From positions 142,413 to 206,412 of the forward strand of contig BLSG01000337.1 of the NCBI GenBank assembly GCA_012862495.1: DNA of 64,000 bases, read 5' to 3'. A program made the translations under genes and the position numbers. The stretch is from Thraustochytrium aureum (Eukaryota). Numbering within the stretch: position 1 is the first letter of the stretch; every line of letters begins with the position of its first letter. Below the pieces are notes generated by a model. The model was not told where the DNA came from. It saw nothing but the letters and a program-made list of their open reading frames with translations, and made no database searches. Positions 11,401 through 23,800 of this stretch are shown piece after piece.

Positions 11401-14400
11401 GCCGCCAAGATCCAGGGTCTGGCGCGCGGCTACTCGGTTCGCTGCGGCTTGGCAATCTTTCACCTCGCCGCGACTGTCATTCAGGCGCGGGTCCGCGGCT
11501 CCATCGCGAGGTGCGAGCAGCGCAAAGAATGCGACGCGGCGATCAAGCTACAGGCGGTCGTGCGAGGCCGGCTGCTCGCCGCAATGCATGGCCCAAGCTT
11601 GGCGGAAGCCCGCAGCGCGGCCACCGTTTTGCAGAGCGCCTTCCGCGCTCGACTCGCGCAGCGCTCGCTGCAGCGCAGCATCGCCTGCGTCGAGCGCTTG
11701 CAGGCTTTTGCCCGTCAGACGAGCTGCCGCGCGCGCTTTGCTTTGCAGCGCGCCGCCGCCGTTCGTCTGCAGGCTCTCGGTAGGTCGATGTGCAGCCGCC
11801 AGGAGTTTTCAAGGAAGCGCACGGCGGCTGTTGCGCTGCAAGGGTTTGCCCGTGGCCGCTCAGCGGCGGCCAAGTTCGGGGCAGCGCGCTCGGCATGTGT
11901 GCGGATCCAGGCGGCTGCTCGTGCCGCTGCAGCCCGATCAAATCTGGCAACCGTGCGCAGGGCAGTCATCAAGCTGCAGGCGATGGTCCGGCAGGACAGG
12001 CAGCAGATGATGTACCAGTACGTTCGACGCCAAGTGACCGTCATCCAGTCTTTAGAACGGCGCCGACGGACCTTCAAGTTGCTAGAGCAATGGCAGAACA
12101 GTGCGACGCGCATTCAGGCGTTGCGGCGGGGCCGCGCTTGCCGCGCAGCAATGCGCAACAAGCACACAGCTGCCACCGCGCTGCAAACCGCTTGGCGCGT
12201 CTCACTTGCTAAGACGTACCGGAAGGAGGCTCTGGCCAGTGCGTGCAGGATCGAGGCCTTTGCCCGAACGATCGCGGCTCAGGGTCGATGGCGCCGCCTT
12301 CGAGCCGGCGTCACTGTACTCCAAGGCGCCGCTCGCATGCGCTCTTGCCGCCGTCGCATGCTCGCGCAGATTGGTGCGATAACGCGATGCCAACCGCAGT
12401 GCGAGCGTGGGCCGCTAGACCCGCCTGGCCTCGCTTAAGCGAGCGAGCGTGATGGCTCAATCTAGGTGGCGGCGACATGCCGCAGTGTTGGAGTTTTCGC
12501 GTTGCAAGCAAGCCGCGGTGCGCCTGCAAGCGTTCGCGAGGAGCCGCGCTGGAGTCGCGCGCTTCACGGCCACCTCGCGCACGATCTGTTGTCTTCAAGC
12601 TGTGGCGCGACGCTTTGCAGCGCAGTCCGTACTGCGAAAGCACCTCTCCGCTGTGCGGGCGCTGCAGGCATTTGCCCGAATGGCTTCCGCGAAGTCCGCT
12701 TTTGAATGCGATCGGGCCAAGGTCATCCACGCCCAATCCTTCGCCCGCAGGTGGGCTGCAACGCGCCGTTATCGGTCTGCTCGAAGCGCTGCCGTCTTGC
12801 TTCAAGCTTTCCGCCGTGGACGGATCGCGCGTCGCGCGTTTGAATCAGCTGTCGACCGTATTGTTGCGCTTCAAGGCCTGGCGCGCGGCTTCCTCTCTCG
12901 ATGTGAAGGTCGCCGAAACGAGCGGGCATCTGTGCGCCTGCAATCCACATGGCGTGGGAAAGCGGTTCGGCGTGAACTCGCAAAGTCCAAGGCCGCGGCT
13001 GTTCGGCTCCAGGCGCTTCTTCGAGGGTGCCATGCGCGAAGGCGACTCGCGCGCTTTGCTTTCTCGGTCACTGTTCTTCAGGCGCGGCTGCGCGGAATGC
13101 GTGCTCGCACAGCTGCGNNNNNNNNNNNNNNNNNNNNNNNNNNNNNNNNNNNNNNNNNNNNNNNNNNNNNNNNNNNNNNNNNNNNNNNNNNNNNNNNNNN
13201 NNNNNNNNNNNNNNNNNNNNNNNNNNNNNNNNNNNNNNNNNNNNNNNNNNNNNNNNNNNNNNNNNNNNNNNNNNNNNNNNNNNNNNNNNNNNNNNNNNNN
13301 NNNNNNNNNNNNNNNNNNNNNNNNNNNNNNNNNNNNNNNNNNNNNNNNNNNNNNNNNNNNNNNNNNNNNNNNNNNNNNNNNNNNNNNNNNNNNNNNNNNN
13401 NNNNNNNNNNNNNNNNNNNNNNNNNNNNNNNNNNNNNNNNNNNNNNNNNNNNNNNNNNNNNNNNNNNNNNNNNNNNNNNNNNNNNNNNNNNNNNNNNNNN
13501 NNNNNNNNNNNNNNNNNNNNNNNNNNNNNNNNNNNNNNNNNNNNNNNNNNNNNNNNNNNNNNNNNNNNNNNNNNNNNNNNNNNNNNNNNNNNNNNNNNNN
13601 NNNNNNNNNNNNNNNNNNNNNNNNNNNNNNNNNNNNNNNNNNNNNNNNNNNNNNNNNNNNNNNNNNNNNNNNNNNNNNNNNNNNNNNNNNNNNNNNNNNN
13701 NNNNNNNNNNNNNNNNNNNNNNNNNNNNNNNNNNNNNNNNNNNNNNNNNNNNNNNNNNNNNNNNNNNNNNNNNNNNNNNNNNNNNNNNNNNNNNNNNNNN
13801 NNNNNNNNNNNNNNNNNNNNNNNNNNNNNNNNNNNNNNNNNNNNNNNNNNNNNNNNNNTGTGCAGGGGCCGGGCGGCGCGTACGTGCGGCTTGCCAACAG
13901 CGCTGCGCTGCGTGGTCCTTCAGGCTGCGTGCGGGGCTCGCTGGTCCGCCAAAGTTCATGTGGTGCATGTACTGCGTTACAACAGTCCAGTCGCTGGAGC
14001 GGCGCCGGCGTGCGCTTCGTGAATGGCAGAAAGCGTGTGGGGCAATCAAGTGCGTACAGCGCTTTGTCCGCGCGCACTGTCTCGCCGCCCTCAATCAGCG
14101 CGCTGGTATTGTTGGGTTCCAATCCCTTTGGCGCGGGTATGCAGTACGCAAGGCGCGATCTGCCGAGCTGGTCAGAGTTGAGAAAAAGCTCACCGCCGCC
14201 TCGCAGAGCGCGTCGGAGAGTATGACGCTTGGCAGCCGCACGCGGTCTGCTCTTGCCTGGCTCCTTCGAAGCAAGGATCTTGCGCATGTGCTCAAGGCGT
14301 GTATCACATTGCAGATTTGCACTGCTGCCTCGCGCGAGTGCGCCGAGTCGTTCCTCGAGACGGACGCGAGCGACGTTTTGTTTGCCCTCATCCGGTCTTG

Positions 14401-14851
14401 CAACCGTAGCGAGCCGCACGTGCGGGTTCTCGAGGTCGCTCTCGCCGTGCTCGTTCAGGTTGCCGCCCATGACCAGGACAACAGCTTTGGCCGCCTGTTC
14501 GCGGCAGAGTCGAACTCGCTTCTCTCGCTCGTCGATTTGATGCAGATTTTCCGCGACAAGCCCAAGATCGCCTCGCTGTCGCTCATGCTCTTGGACATGT
14601 ACTGCACTGAGCCGCGCAGGACGCGCACTCACCTTCTTGCGGACCACGACCTGTTCAAACGCCTCTGCGCGCTTGAGCAGGTATTGCGCCGAAAGGCCGA
14701 GCTGGTGCGCCACAACCCGCGCCATCCAAAGCCAAGCGGCGAGCAGAACGCCAAGCGCGCCAAGGCCAACAAGTTTCGCGCCAAGGAGCTCAGCGAGAAG
14801 CAGCAGCACGTCAAGCTCCGCGGCCTCCTGCAGCGCCTCGGCGAGATGTAG
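8470..14851 (+). CDS. ASPM: Abnormal spindle-like microcephaly-associated protein (ASH domain, CH domains, IQ array, ARM-like C-terminus); indels near 12392, 12420 and 13860-13950; gap 13118-13858
   Basis: WMEKQERGFAAWLNFV, EFLSGEGNVIRHL, EFDFTVSNLATDLRDGLRL, VPAVSRLQKLHNV, about 34 visible IQ-like motifs, C-terminal IRSCNRSEPH. Confidence 0.93.
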
Positions 14852-15381
14852 AATAGATTTCCTACTCGATCCACACAGCCGCAGCCACGCACCACCTACT
14901 CCACGCTCGAGTTGCCCGCTCGACGCGGCGGCAGGGCTCGGGGCTAGCTAGAGCCGCGAAGCATCATCCCACAAGCCATGTTCGATTCTGTTCAACCTTT
15001 CTCCAAATCGAAAAAGAATAGCAAGCGGCACGCGAGCGAATTCAGCCAACTGCGCCGCAGCGCACTCGAGCAATCACGTTCGCCGTGCCGCCGCGGGCGG
15101 CATGCGAGGCCTGCCTGGCGTGGAGCCCGCGCGCCTGCAGTTCCAACTCCGCCAGATTCGCGACCCCACAAACCCGTTTTACTTGCAAACCGCCTTGCAT
15201 ACCTCGTGCATGATACAGAACACCAGCTCACGGCACTTGGCTCGCAGAGCTGCGCGCGGCGAGGCGGCCACGGCTGCGGGGCGCGGGGCGGTTGGCAGCT
15301 GGGCGGCCCTCCTGCTGCCCGAGGGCGCCGCAGGACGGGCGCGGAGAGTGCGGCGAAGGCGCGCGGGGAGTGAAGCGCGCG

Positions 15382-17006
15382 ATGGCCACCTCGGACCCTG
15401 GCAGCCACCAAGACGCGGAGTGCCCCTGGGAGAACACGAGAAGCCAGTCGCCGCCGAGGTGGAGGCGAGCGGCGGCTGATAGCAGGCCTGCGAACGGATG
15501 GCTGCTTGAAGAGCTGAGGATGCAGACGGAAGAGGAAGACAAGGTGCGCCCGACGCGGCGGCAGGTTGTGCTGGCGAGGGCGGCCGGCTCGCTTCTCGCC
15601 GCTGGGCTCGTCTGCTTGGCGACGCTCAGCTTGCTCATTTTGCTGAGCGCCGCGTCTCGCGCTGTGGCGCGTCCTGGGCCTAGGCCCGCTGGAGGCGGAA
15701 CACCAACAACAGCGCACTCGTCCATGCGAGGCGACCTCGAAGCAGCGCCCGGGCACCAAGCAGCGCTCGGCGAGCTTCCTAAGGGCTTGCTGGAAGCCGA
15801 AACGCCACAAGAGCGCGCAGAGGCTGTCAGAGAGGCCTTTCAGCACGCCTGGCGAGGCTACGAGTCCTTTGCGTTCGGCAAGGACACGCTTCATCCGGTC
15901 TCGCGGACAGGAAGCGACGATTTCCTGGGGATGGCCATTAGCTTGGTTGACTCTATGGACACTGCGCTGATCATGGGATTGGACGAAATCTTTGAGAAGC
16001 AGTATGCTTGGGCGGTCGCCAACATTACGTTCGGCGCCCAGGAAGACATCAATGTCTTCGAGACAACATGTGAGTTCCCATAGCCCCGGCTCACTCTAGA
16101 GGCGTGCTGAAAGGCGGCCCGCTTGTTTCGCGAATCGCTGACTCCGCCGCCGCTGCCCCCCGCGCAGTCGCGTCGTTGGCGGCCTCCTGAGCGCTTTCGC
16201 GCTTTCTGGGCGAAGGCCGCTGCTCGATCTTGCCGTTGACATTGGAGAGCGGCTGCTCCCAGCGTTTCAGTCCAAGACTGGGCTGCCTTACGGCACGCTC
16301 GGCTTGAAGTCGGGGAAGAAATTCAACCCGTCCTGGGTAAAAGGTGGGAGCAGCGTCGCCGAAGCCGGGACCCTCCTGCTGGAATTCCGCATGCTCTCGC
16401 ACGAAACGGGCGATCCGCGTTTCAAGGACGCTGTCGACCGTGCAGAGCGGTTCTTTGAGAGAGCTCTACACGACCCCTCCAGCTTGCTGTCTTTGGACGG
16501 GCTCTTCCCGATGTACTTTCACCCTGAAACAGGCCAGCCGGTGGGCGAGCAGCGCATCACGTTTGGGGCGCGCGGGGACAGCCTGTACGAGTACTTCCTC
16601 AAGGGCTTCCTCCAAACCAACAAGACGGAGCCGTGGCTTGTTGGGCTCTATGAAGCTTCAATGGCCGGCATGGCCAAGCATCTGCTCAAGGTCACGACGG
16701 GGAAACAGGCCCTTGTCTACATCGCTGAAACGACTGTTCAAGAACCCACCGTCGTGTCGCCCAAAATGGACCACTTGGTCTGCTTCATGCCAGGCCTGTT
16801 GGCGCTCGGCGCGCACAACGGCCTTGGTTCGGAGGACAGCTCGCCGAGCCACATGTCAACTGCCAAAGAGCTCATGCGAACCTGCTTCGAGATGTACCGG
16901 TTGTCCCCTGTGGGTCTCGCTCCGGAGATTGCGCACATGGGCCAGCCGGGCAAGCCCGAGATTATTGCGAAGGACGGTGCGCATCACTGCCTGTTACGCC
17001 CGGAGA
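15382..17006 (+). CDS. Class I alpha-1,2-mannosidase (GH47), type II membrane protein; intron 16070-16167; 3' end in gap
   Basis: N-terminal TM, AFQHAWRGYESFAFGKD, LVDSMDT, VFET..RVVGGLLSA, AEAGTLLLEF, GARGDSLYEYFLK, MDHLVCF, GLAPE, LLRPE. Confidence 0.93.
16070..16167 (+). other. Spliceosomal intron, 98 nt
   Basis: GTGAGT donor, GCTGAC branch-like site, CGCAG acceptor. Joining restores the conserved ET(N/T)IRVVGG only if one base is added just upstream. Confidence 0.8.
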
Positions 17007-17893
17007 NNNNNNNNNNNNNNNNNNNNNNNNNNNNNNNNNNNNNNNNNNNNNNNNNNNNNNNNNNNNNNNNNNNNNNNNNNNNNNNNNNNNNNNNNNNNNN
17101 NNNNNNNNNNNNNNNNNNNNNNNNNNNNNNNNNNNNNNNNNNNNNNNNNNNNNNNNNNNNNNNNNNNNNNNNNNNNNNNNNNNNNNNNNNNNNNNNNNNN
17201 NNNNNNNNNNNNNNNNNNNNNNNNNNNNNNNNNNNNNNNNNNNNNNNNNNNNNNNNNNNNNNNNNNNNNNNNNNNNNNNNNNNNNNNNNNNNNNNNNNNN
17301 NNNNNNNNNNNNNNNNNNNNNNNNNNNNNNNNNNNNNNNNNNNNNNNNNNNNNNNNNNNNNNNNNNNNNNNNNNNNNNNNNNNNNNNNNNNNNNNNNNNN
17401 NNNNNNNNNNNNNNNNNNNNNNNNNNNNNNNNNNNNNNNNNNNNNNNNNNNNNNNNNNNNNNNNNNNNNNNNNNNNNNNNNNNNNNNNNNNNNNNNNNNN
17501 NNNNNNNNNNNNNNNNNNNNNNNNNNNNNNNNNNNNNNNNNNNNNNNNNNNNNNNNNNNNNNNNNNNNNNNNNNNNNNNNNNNNNNNNNNNNNNNNNNNN
17601 NNNNNNNNNNNNNNNNNNNNNNNNNNNNNNNNNNNNNNNNNNNNNNNNNNNNNNNNNNNNNNNNNNNNNNNNNNNNNNNNNNNNNNNNNNNNNNNNNNNN
17701 NNNNNNNNNNNNNNNNNNNNNNNNNNNNNNNNNNNNNNNNNNNNNNNNNNNNNNNNNNNNNNNNNNNNNNNNNNNNNNNNNNNNNNNNNNNNNNNNNNNN
17801 NNNNNNNNNNNNNNNNNNNNNNNNNNNNNNNNNNNNNNNNNNNNNNNNNNNNNNNNNNNNNNNNNNNNNNNNNNNNNNNNNNNNNNNNNNNNN

Positions 17894-20800
17894 CTCCCCA
17901 CATAGACAGACGCGCTTGGCTGCGCGCCAAGACAACCTGCAAACGTCATGGTCTGCCGATGGCACGTGCGCAGACGCGGTCGAACAGGCCAGTCCAAGCA
18001 ACGCGAGCGACTCGGAACTCGGTGCGGCTCGCCGTCAGTCAGCAGAACCCCGACTCCGTCCAGTGCTTCTTACCGTGGAGCGCGACGAAAGTCTCCGACG
18101 CCTTGGCGAGGCTATTGAGAGCAAGATTCAGTATCCCGCGCTGCTGAACCCGACATCGCGGACGCGCGCCTCTGTCAACACGGGCGGGATGGATGGTGGT
18201 GCTCTCCTCACAGACACAATCGCAACAAACTATTCCCTCCATGCAAGCAACCTTGCAATCGACCCTGCCACCAAATCGCTGACATGGCGCACGCCTGTTG
18301 TGCACCTGCAAGCCTCGGGGCCAGGGCGCGCCGACCGAGACACGGTGGCGGACGCGACGCTGTCCAGCCCGAGGAAACAAAATGCAAGCCCTAGGCTGCC
18401 CGCAGCCGTCGTCAACACGACAAAGCCTGTCGGGATCGTCGAAATTGTGAGGGACGGCTCTCCTCGCGAATCCCCGCGCGGGCCACTCCGCTTCAGAGTC
18501 CCGTTCGACGCCCTCGAGGAAGCCGAAAAGAGCAAGACACGAGAAGCGCGGAAGCGGGATCGCGTCTTTGGAAAGGGTCTTGGCCACCTCAGCAAGGGCG
18601 GGTTTTTCGAGCAGATCGAGCTTGCACACAAGAATAGACCCTCCAAGGGCCTGGAGGCAAACGCTTGCGACGAGGCAACACAGCACGATGCCGTGCTCAT
18701 TGAGCGGTACGCCTGGTACCTCGAGCATGGCGTGAGCTCAGAAGACATCACACCACTCAAACCTCAGTGGCTCGTAAACGTAGCAAAGCTCCTCCCTGTG
18801 CCAGAGGCTAGCCTGCAAGCGGGCCTTGCGGGAGAGGCCCATCTGGGCGAGGACGGCAACGACTACGAGGTTCGGAAAGGGAAGAGGGTGGCGCGGAGTC
18901 GGAAACAAGGCACCGCTCGTTCAAGAACGGCTTCAGTGCCGAGCCCCGAGCCAAGCGCTCGAGAACTTTGACCGGCGAAAGCATCCGCGACTCTCTTGCC
19001 GCGATGACTCGCGATATTGAAGCCGACTATGCGCGGTCGATTAGAAAGGCAACGCTGGACTACGTGCTGAAAATCCAGGTGAAAGGCGTCGTCTTGGGAT
19101 CGAGCGCCCCCCACCGGGTTGCGAGCCGCTCGATTGGGGCTGGGGTGCTCAAAGGCGAATCTTCAGGGCGCCGCCTTTCTGGCGCAACTCGTTCGAGAGC
19201 GCGCATGCTCTGCTCGAGGAGCGCCTCACCCTAACCCATCCGCTCATCGGCCAGCTCTTGGACCTCTGGTCCGGCTTCGAGAACGACCTCCTCGTCAGCG
19301 TCCCTGCCTCGGACGAGCAAGCCGTCAAGTCTGGATGGAACCCCATCACGCTGGAGAGCTTCGTTGAGCAGCAGATTGAGCACGCCAAGCGCGTTCGCGA
19401 CCGCCTTATGCACCTCTGGCACCCGGCTGCCACCAAAATATTTTCCAAGGCGGCCAATGGAGCAAACCCCGGAACCGCCGACCAGGCGGCCCCGAGTAGC
19501 AGCGGGCAGGAGGGCCCGGCTCTATCCAGCCTTCCACAGCACTTGCTGCAGTCGCTGTTTGAGAGCGCGGCCACGCTGATGGGGCGGCAGGTCCGCGACC
19601 TCGTTCTGCGCTCGCTCGAGCGGCTCGAGTCGTTCTTCCTTCGCTTTCGCCTCGCGCCTTCGACTTTGTCATCTGCAGGCCCCAGCTCGGTTGCTTTCGG
19701 GGACCGCCGGACCGAAGGGCTCCGGTCAGCGTTTCGCAACCGCCTTGTTGTCGGCGACGACGCAAGCGGAAACGCCGTGATTGTCTTTGAAACGTCGCCG
19801 GAGCGAGCTCGAGAAGGCGTGCAGGAGGTCATCGAGTTTGTGACCACCTGCATGAACCGGCTCGTCCGCATTGAGCGAAACGGGGTTGGAGTTAGCGTCA
19901 TAGACGAGCCGGCGACAAGCAGCCCAAGCGCGGTTAATCTCATTTCTCGCGCGCAAGAGCCAAAGGCGGCTCTGCCCCAGGCAACAGGAGATGAATCGAC
20001 AGAATACGGCGCGGCCATAGCTCACAAGGCATCCTACATCCTTACGATCGCGCCCGGTGAAGAAGCCGTGGCCTCCGTGCGGCGGCGCGTCATCGAGGCG
20101 CTCCATATCAGCGACGAGGCCTGCACGCGCGTACTGCACGACTACAAACCGTACTGCTTTGTCTTGAGTGAGCGCGAGGCGCTGGAACGGTTCCTCAGCA
20201 CCGAAACCCGGCTCGAGGCGTTCCAACGCAGAATCGACCAACTTCGCTCTCTGGCCAGCGACGTGCACAGCCAGACCCGGCCGGTCGTAGTTCTCGGGCT
20301 TCAAACTATCGACTGCGCCAAGCTAAACGCGACTCTACTAAGCCATGCAGAGGAGCTGACCAACACCATCCTCAAGGCCATCTCCCAGGACAACATCCAC
20401 CGGAACCTGTTGGTGTGCAAGTCGTTCAGCGCGGCGACCAACAGGCTGGCCCAAAAGCCAGAAAAACTCGGTCGAGNNNNNNNNNNNNNNNNNNNNNNNN
20501 NNNNNNNNNNNNNNNNNNNNNNNNNNNNNNNNNNNNNNNNNNNNNNNNNNNNNNNNNNNNNNNNNNNNNNNNNNNNNNNNNNNNNNNNNNNNNNNNNNNN
20601 NNNNNNNNNNNNNNNNNNNNNNNNNNNNNNNNNNNNNNNNNNNNNNNNNNNNNNNNNNNNGAAGGGTACGCGCTCGACCTGCAGGACGAGGGTCTCGATG
20701 CCCTGCTCGCCGACGTCGCCGACATTGAGAGCCGTCTAGCATTCCTCCTGCGCAACGGCATGCACGTCGGGGCCGAGCTCCTGCGTCCCATGGGCGTCAC

Positions 20801-23800
20801 CTTCTCGTGGGTGCGCAAGATCGACGGCATCCTGGAAGACGCCCAGAATCAGCTACGGCGCGAGCGCGACAAGCTCGAGGCCCACTTCAAGCTTGGGCGC
20901 GACTCGTTCATTCAGGAGCTCAGCGGGGTCGAGACCACCGTGGAGGAGCTCAAGGAAAAGGGCGATATGCGCTACACGAGGAGCCAGTTACGCGTCGTAG
21001 ACGGGGCGCGCGAACAGATCGAGAACGCCAAGGCACGCGCGCTTCTGCTCAACGAAGAGGAGGAACGCCTCGGTCTTCCCATCTCCGACTTTAAACGCCT
21101 CCGAAACGTCGAGACCGCCCTGGAGCCCTTCGAGACGCTCTGGCATACTGCGGACAAGTTTCAAAAGCAGTTCAACCGCTGGACGCACGGGGTCGTGTTC
21201 ACTCTCGACGCAGAGCAGGTCGAAAAGGACCTCATGGAAATGTACAGGCGTTCGGTGCAACTGAGCGAGTCGCTCAAGGACATCAGCGCTGCAGCGGCGT
21301 CGTGCGCCGAACTCATCACAACCAAGCTCGACGAGTTCAAGACGCAGCTCCCACTTCTAACGGCGGTGGCAAACGACGGGCTGCGCGAGCGCCACTGGTC
21401 GAAGATGTCCGACGTTCTTGGATTTCCGATCGAGCCCGACGACACGATGACGCTCCAACGCCTCCTCGAGCTGGACGTGGGTCAGCACGTCGACAAGCTG
21501 GCCCAAATTTCGGAGACCGCGGCCAAGGAACAGTCTATCGAGTCCGCGCTCGCCAAGATGAAACTAGAGTGGCAGCCGCTCGAGTTTGCAACGCAGCCCT
21601 ACAAAGACTCGGGGACGTACATTCTCCAGGGCTCCAACATCGAGGACTTGCAAACCATTCTCGATGACCACATCGTCAAGACCCAGACGATGCGCAGCTC
21701 GCCATACTGCAAGTTCATCGAAGCGCCAATGAGCGCGTGGGAGAGGTTCTTGCTCTACACGCGCCAACTTATCGACGAGTGGCTCAAGGTGCAGGCGACG
21801 TGGTTGTACTTGGACCCGATTTTCGCGTCTGAGGACATCATGAAGCAGATGCCTGCCGAGGGGGGCAAGTTTCAGCAGGTCGCCAGCACGTGGCGCGAAG
21901 TGATGGCGCTCGTCCATGGGTCACCAAAGTGCACATCGGTCGCGAAAGTGGACCGTCTGCGCGACCGCCTGCGCGAGCTGAACGAGATCCTCGACGAGGT
22001 CAACAAAGGACTCAGCTCGTACCTGGAGACAAAGCGGCTCTACTTTAGCCGGTTCTTCTTCCTGTCCAACGACGAGCTGCTCGAGATTTTGGCGGAGACG
22101 AAGGACCCCACGCGCGTGCAGCCATTCCTGAAAAAGTGCTTTGAGGGAATCAAGGCGCTCAAATTCCGGGGCACCGAGCCCGGCAGAGACAGCAAGGACT
22201 GCGAAATTACCCATCTCGTCAGCTCAGAGCAAGAGCACGTAAAGCTCACGTCAACGATCGCCCCCCACGAGGCTAAGGGGGCCGTAGAGCAGTGGCTCTT
22301 GCAACTCGAGCAGGAAATGTGCCGGACCGTCAAGGCTGTGACCAAGCAGTCGCTGGCCGACTACCCGGCCAAGCCCCGGGAGCAGTGGATTCTCGATTGG
22401 CCCGGCCAAAGCGTGCTTGCCGTCGGCTCTGCGTTTTGGACGAGGGAGGTCGAGCAGACCCTGACGATGAAAGGATCCGCGGGGCTGGGCGCGTATGTGG
22501 ACAAGCTCGATGCCCAGCTCGGCGCGCTCGTCAAACTCGTCCGCGGCAACCTCAGCAAGCTAGAGAGGGCAACACTCTCCGCGCTCGCGGTCATCGACGT
22601 GCACGCGCGGGACGTCACGCGTCAGTTGTGCGATGCGGGCGTGTCCTCCCCGCACGACTTTGACTGGACGAGCCAACTGCGATACTACTGGGAGGACGAC
22701 ACACTCAACATCAAGATCATCGCCTCCACGCTCGAGTACGGCTACGAGTACCTCGGCAACTCGTCACGGCTCGTCATCACGCCGCTGACAGACCGCTGCT
22801 ACAGGACGCTGATGGGCGCCCTGCATCTTCAGTACGGGGGCGCCCCAGAGGGTCCCGCTGGCACAGGCAAAACCGAGACCACCAAGGACTTGGCCAAGGC
22901 CCTGGCGCGCCAGTGCGTCGTTTTCAACTGCTCAGACGGTCTCGACTATCTCGCGATGGCCAAGTTCTTCAAAGGCCTTGCGTCCAGCGGGGCCTGGGCC
23001 TGCTTTGACGAGTTCAACCGGATTGAGCTCGAGGTGCTGAGTGTGATCGCGCAGCAAATCTCAAGCATCCAGCGCGCCATCGCGGCGCGGCTCCACTCGT
23101 TCGAGTTTGAAGGAACGACCATCCAGCTCCGCTGGACGGCAAACGTGTTTATCACGATGAACCCCGGCTACGCTGGCCGCTCCGAGTTGCCGGACAACCT
23201 CAAGGCGCTGTTCCGCACGGTGGCGATGATGGTCCCGGACTACAGTATGATCGCAGAGATCATACTGTTTAGCTATGGGTACGCGGACTCGCGCAATCTG
23301 GCCAACAAGATTGTAACCACATACAAGCTCTGCAGCGAGCAGCTCTCGTCCCAGGACCACTACGACTACGGCATGCGCGCCGTAATCTCTGTTCTCAAGG
23401 CCGCTGGTGCGCTCAAGCGCCAGTTCCCGGACGAGCGCGAGGAGGTCATCGTCCTCCGGTCGATCTGCGACGTCAACCTGGCCAAGTTTATCACGCAAGA
23501 CCTGCCCCTTTTCAACGGCATCATCGCCGATCTGTTTCCGGGCGTCGTCGTCCCTGCACCAGACTACGCCCACCTGCTGGCGGCTTCCGAAGAAGCCATC
23601 AAAGAGCTCCACATCGAGTCTGTACCTGTGTTTCTTGAAAAGGTGGTGCAGCTGTACGAGATGCTCGTCGTGCGCCACGGCCTCATGGTGGTTGGCCCGC
23701 CCCTGGCTGGCAAGACCATGTGCTGGCGGGTGCTCCAAGGCGCTCTGACACGGCTCGCAGCGCGAAAGCAGATGCCCTGCAAGCTAGCCGACCACGAGCT

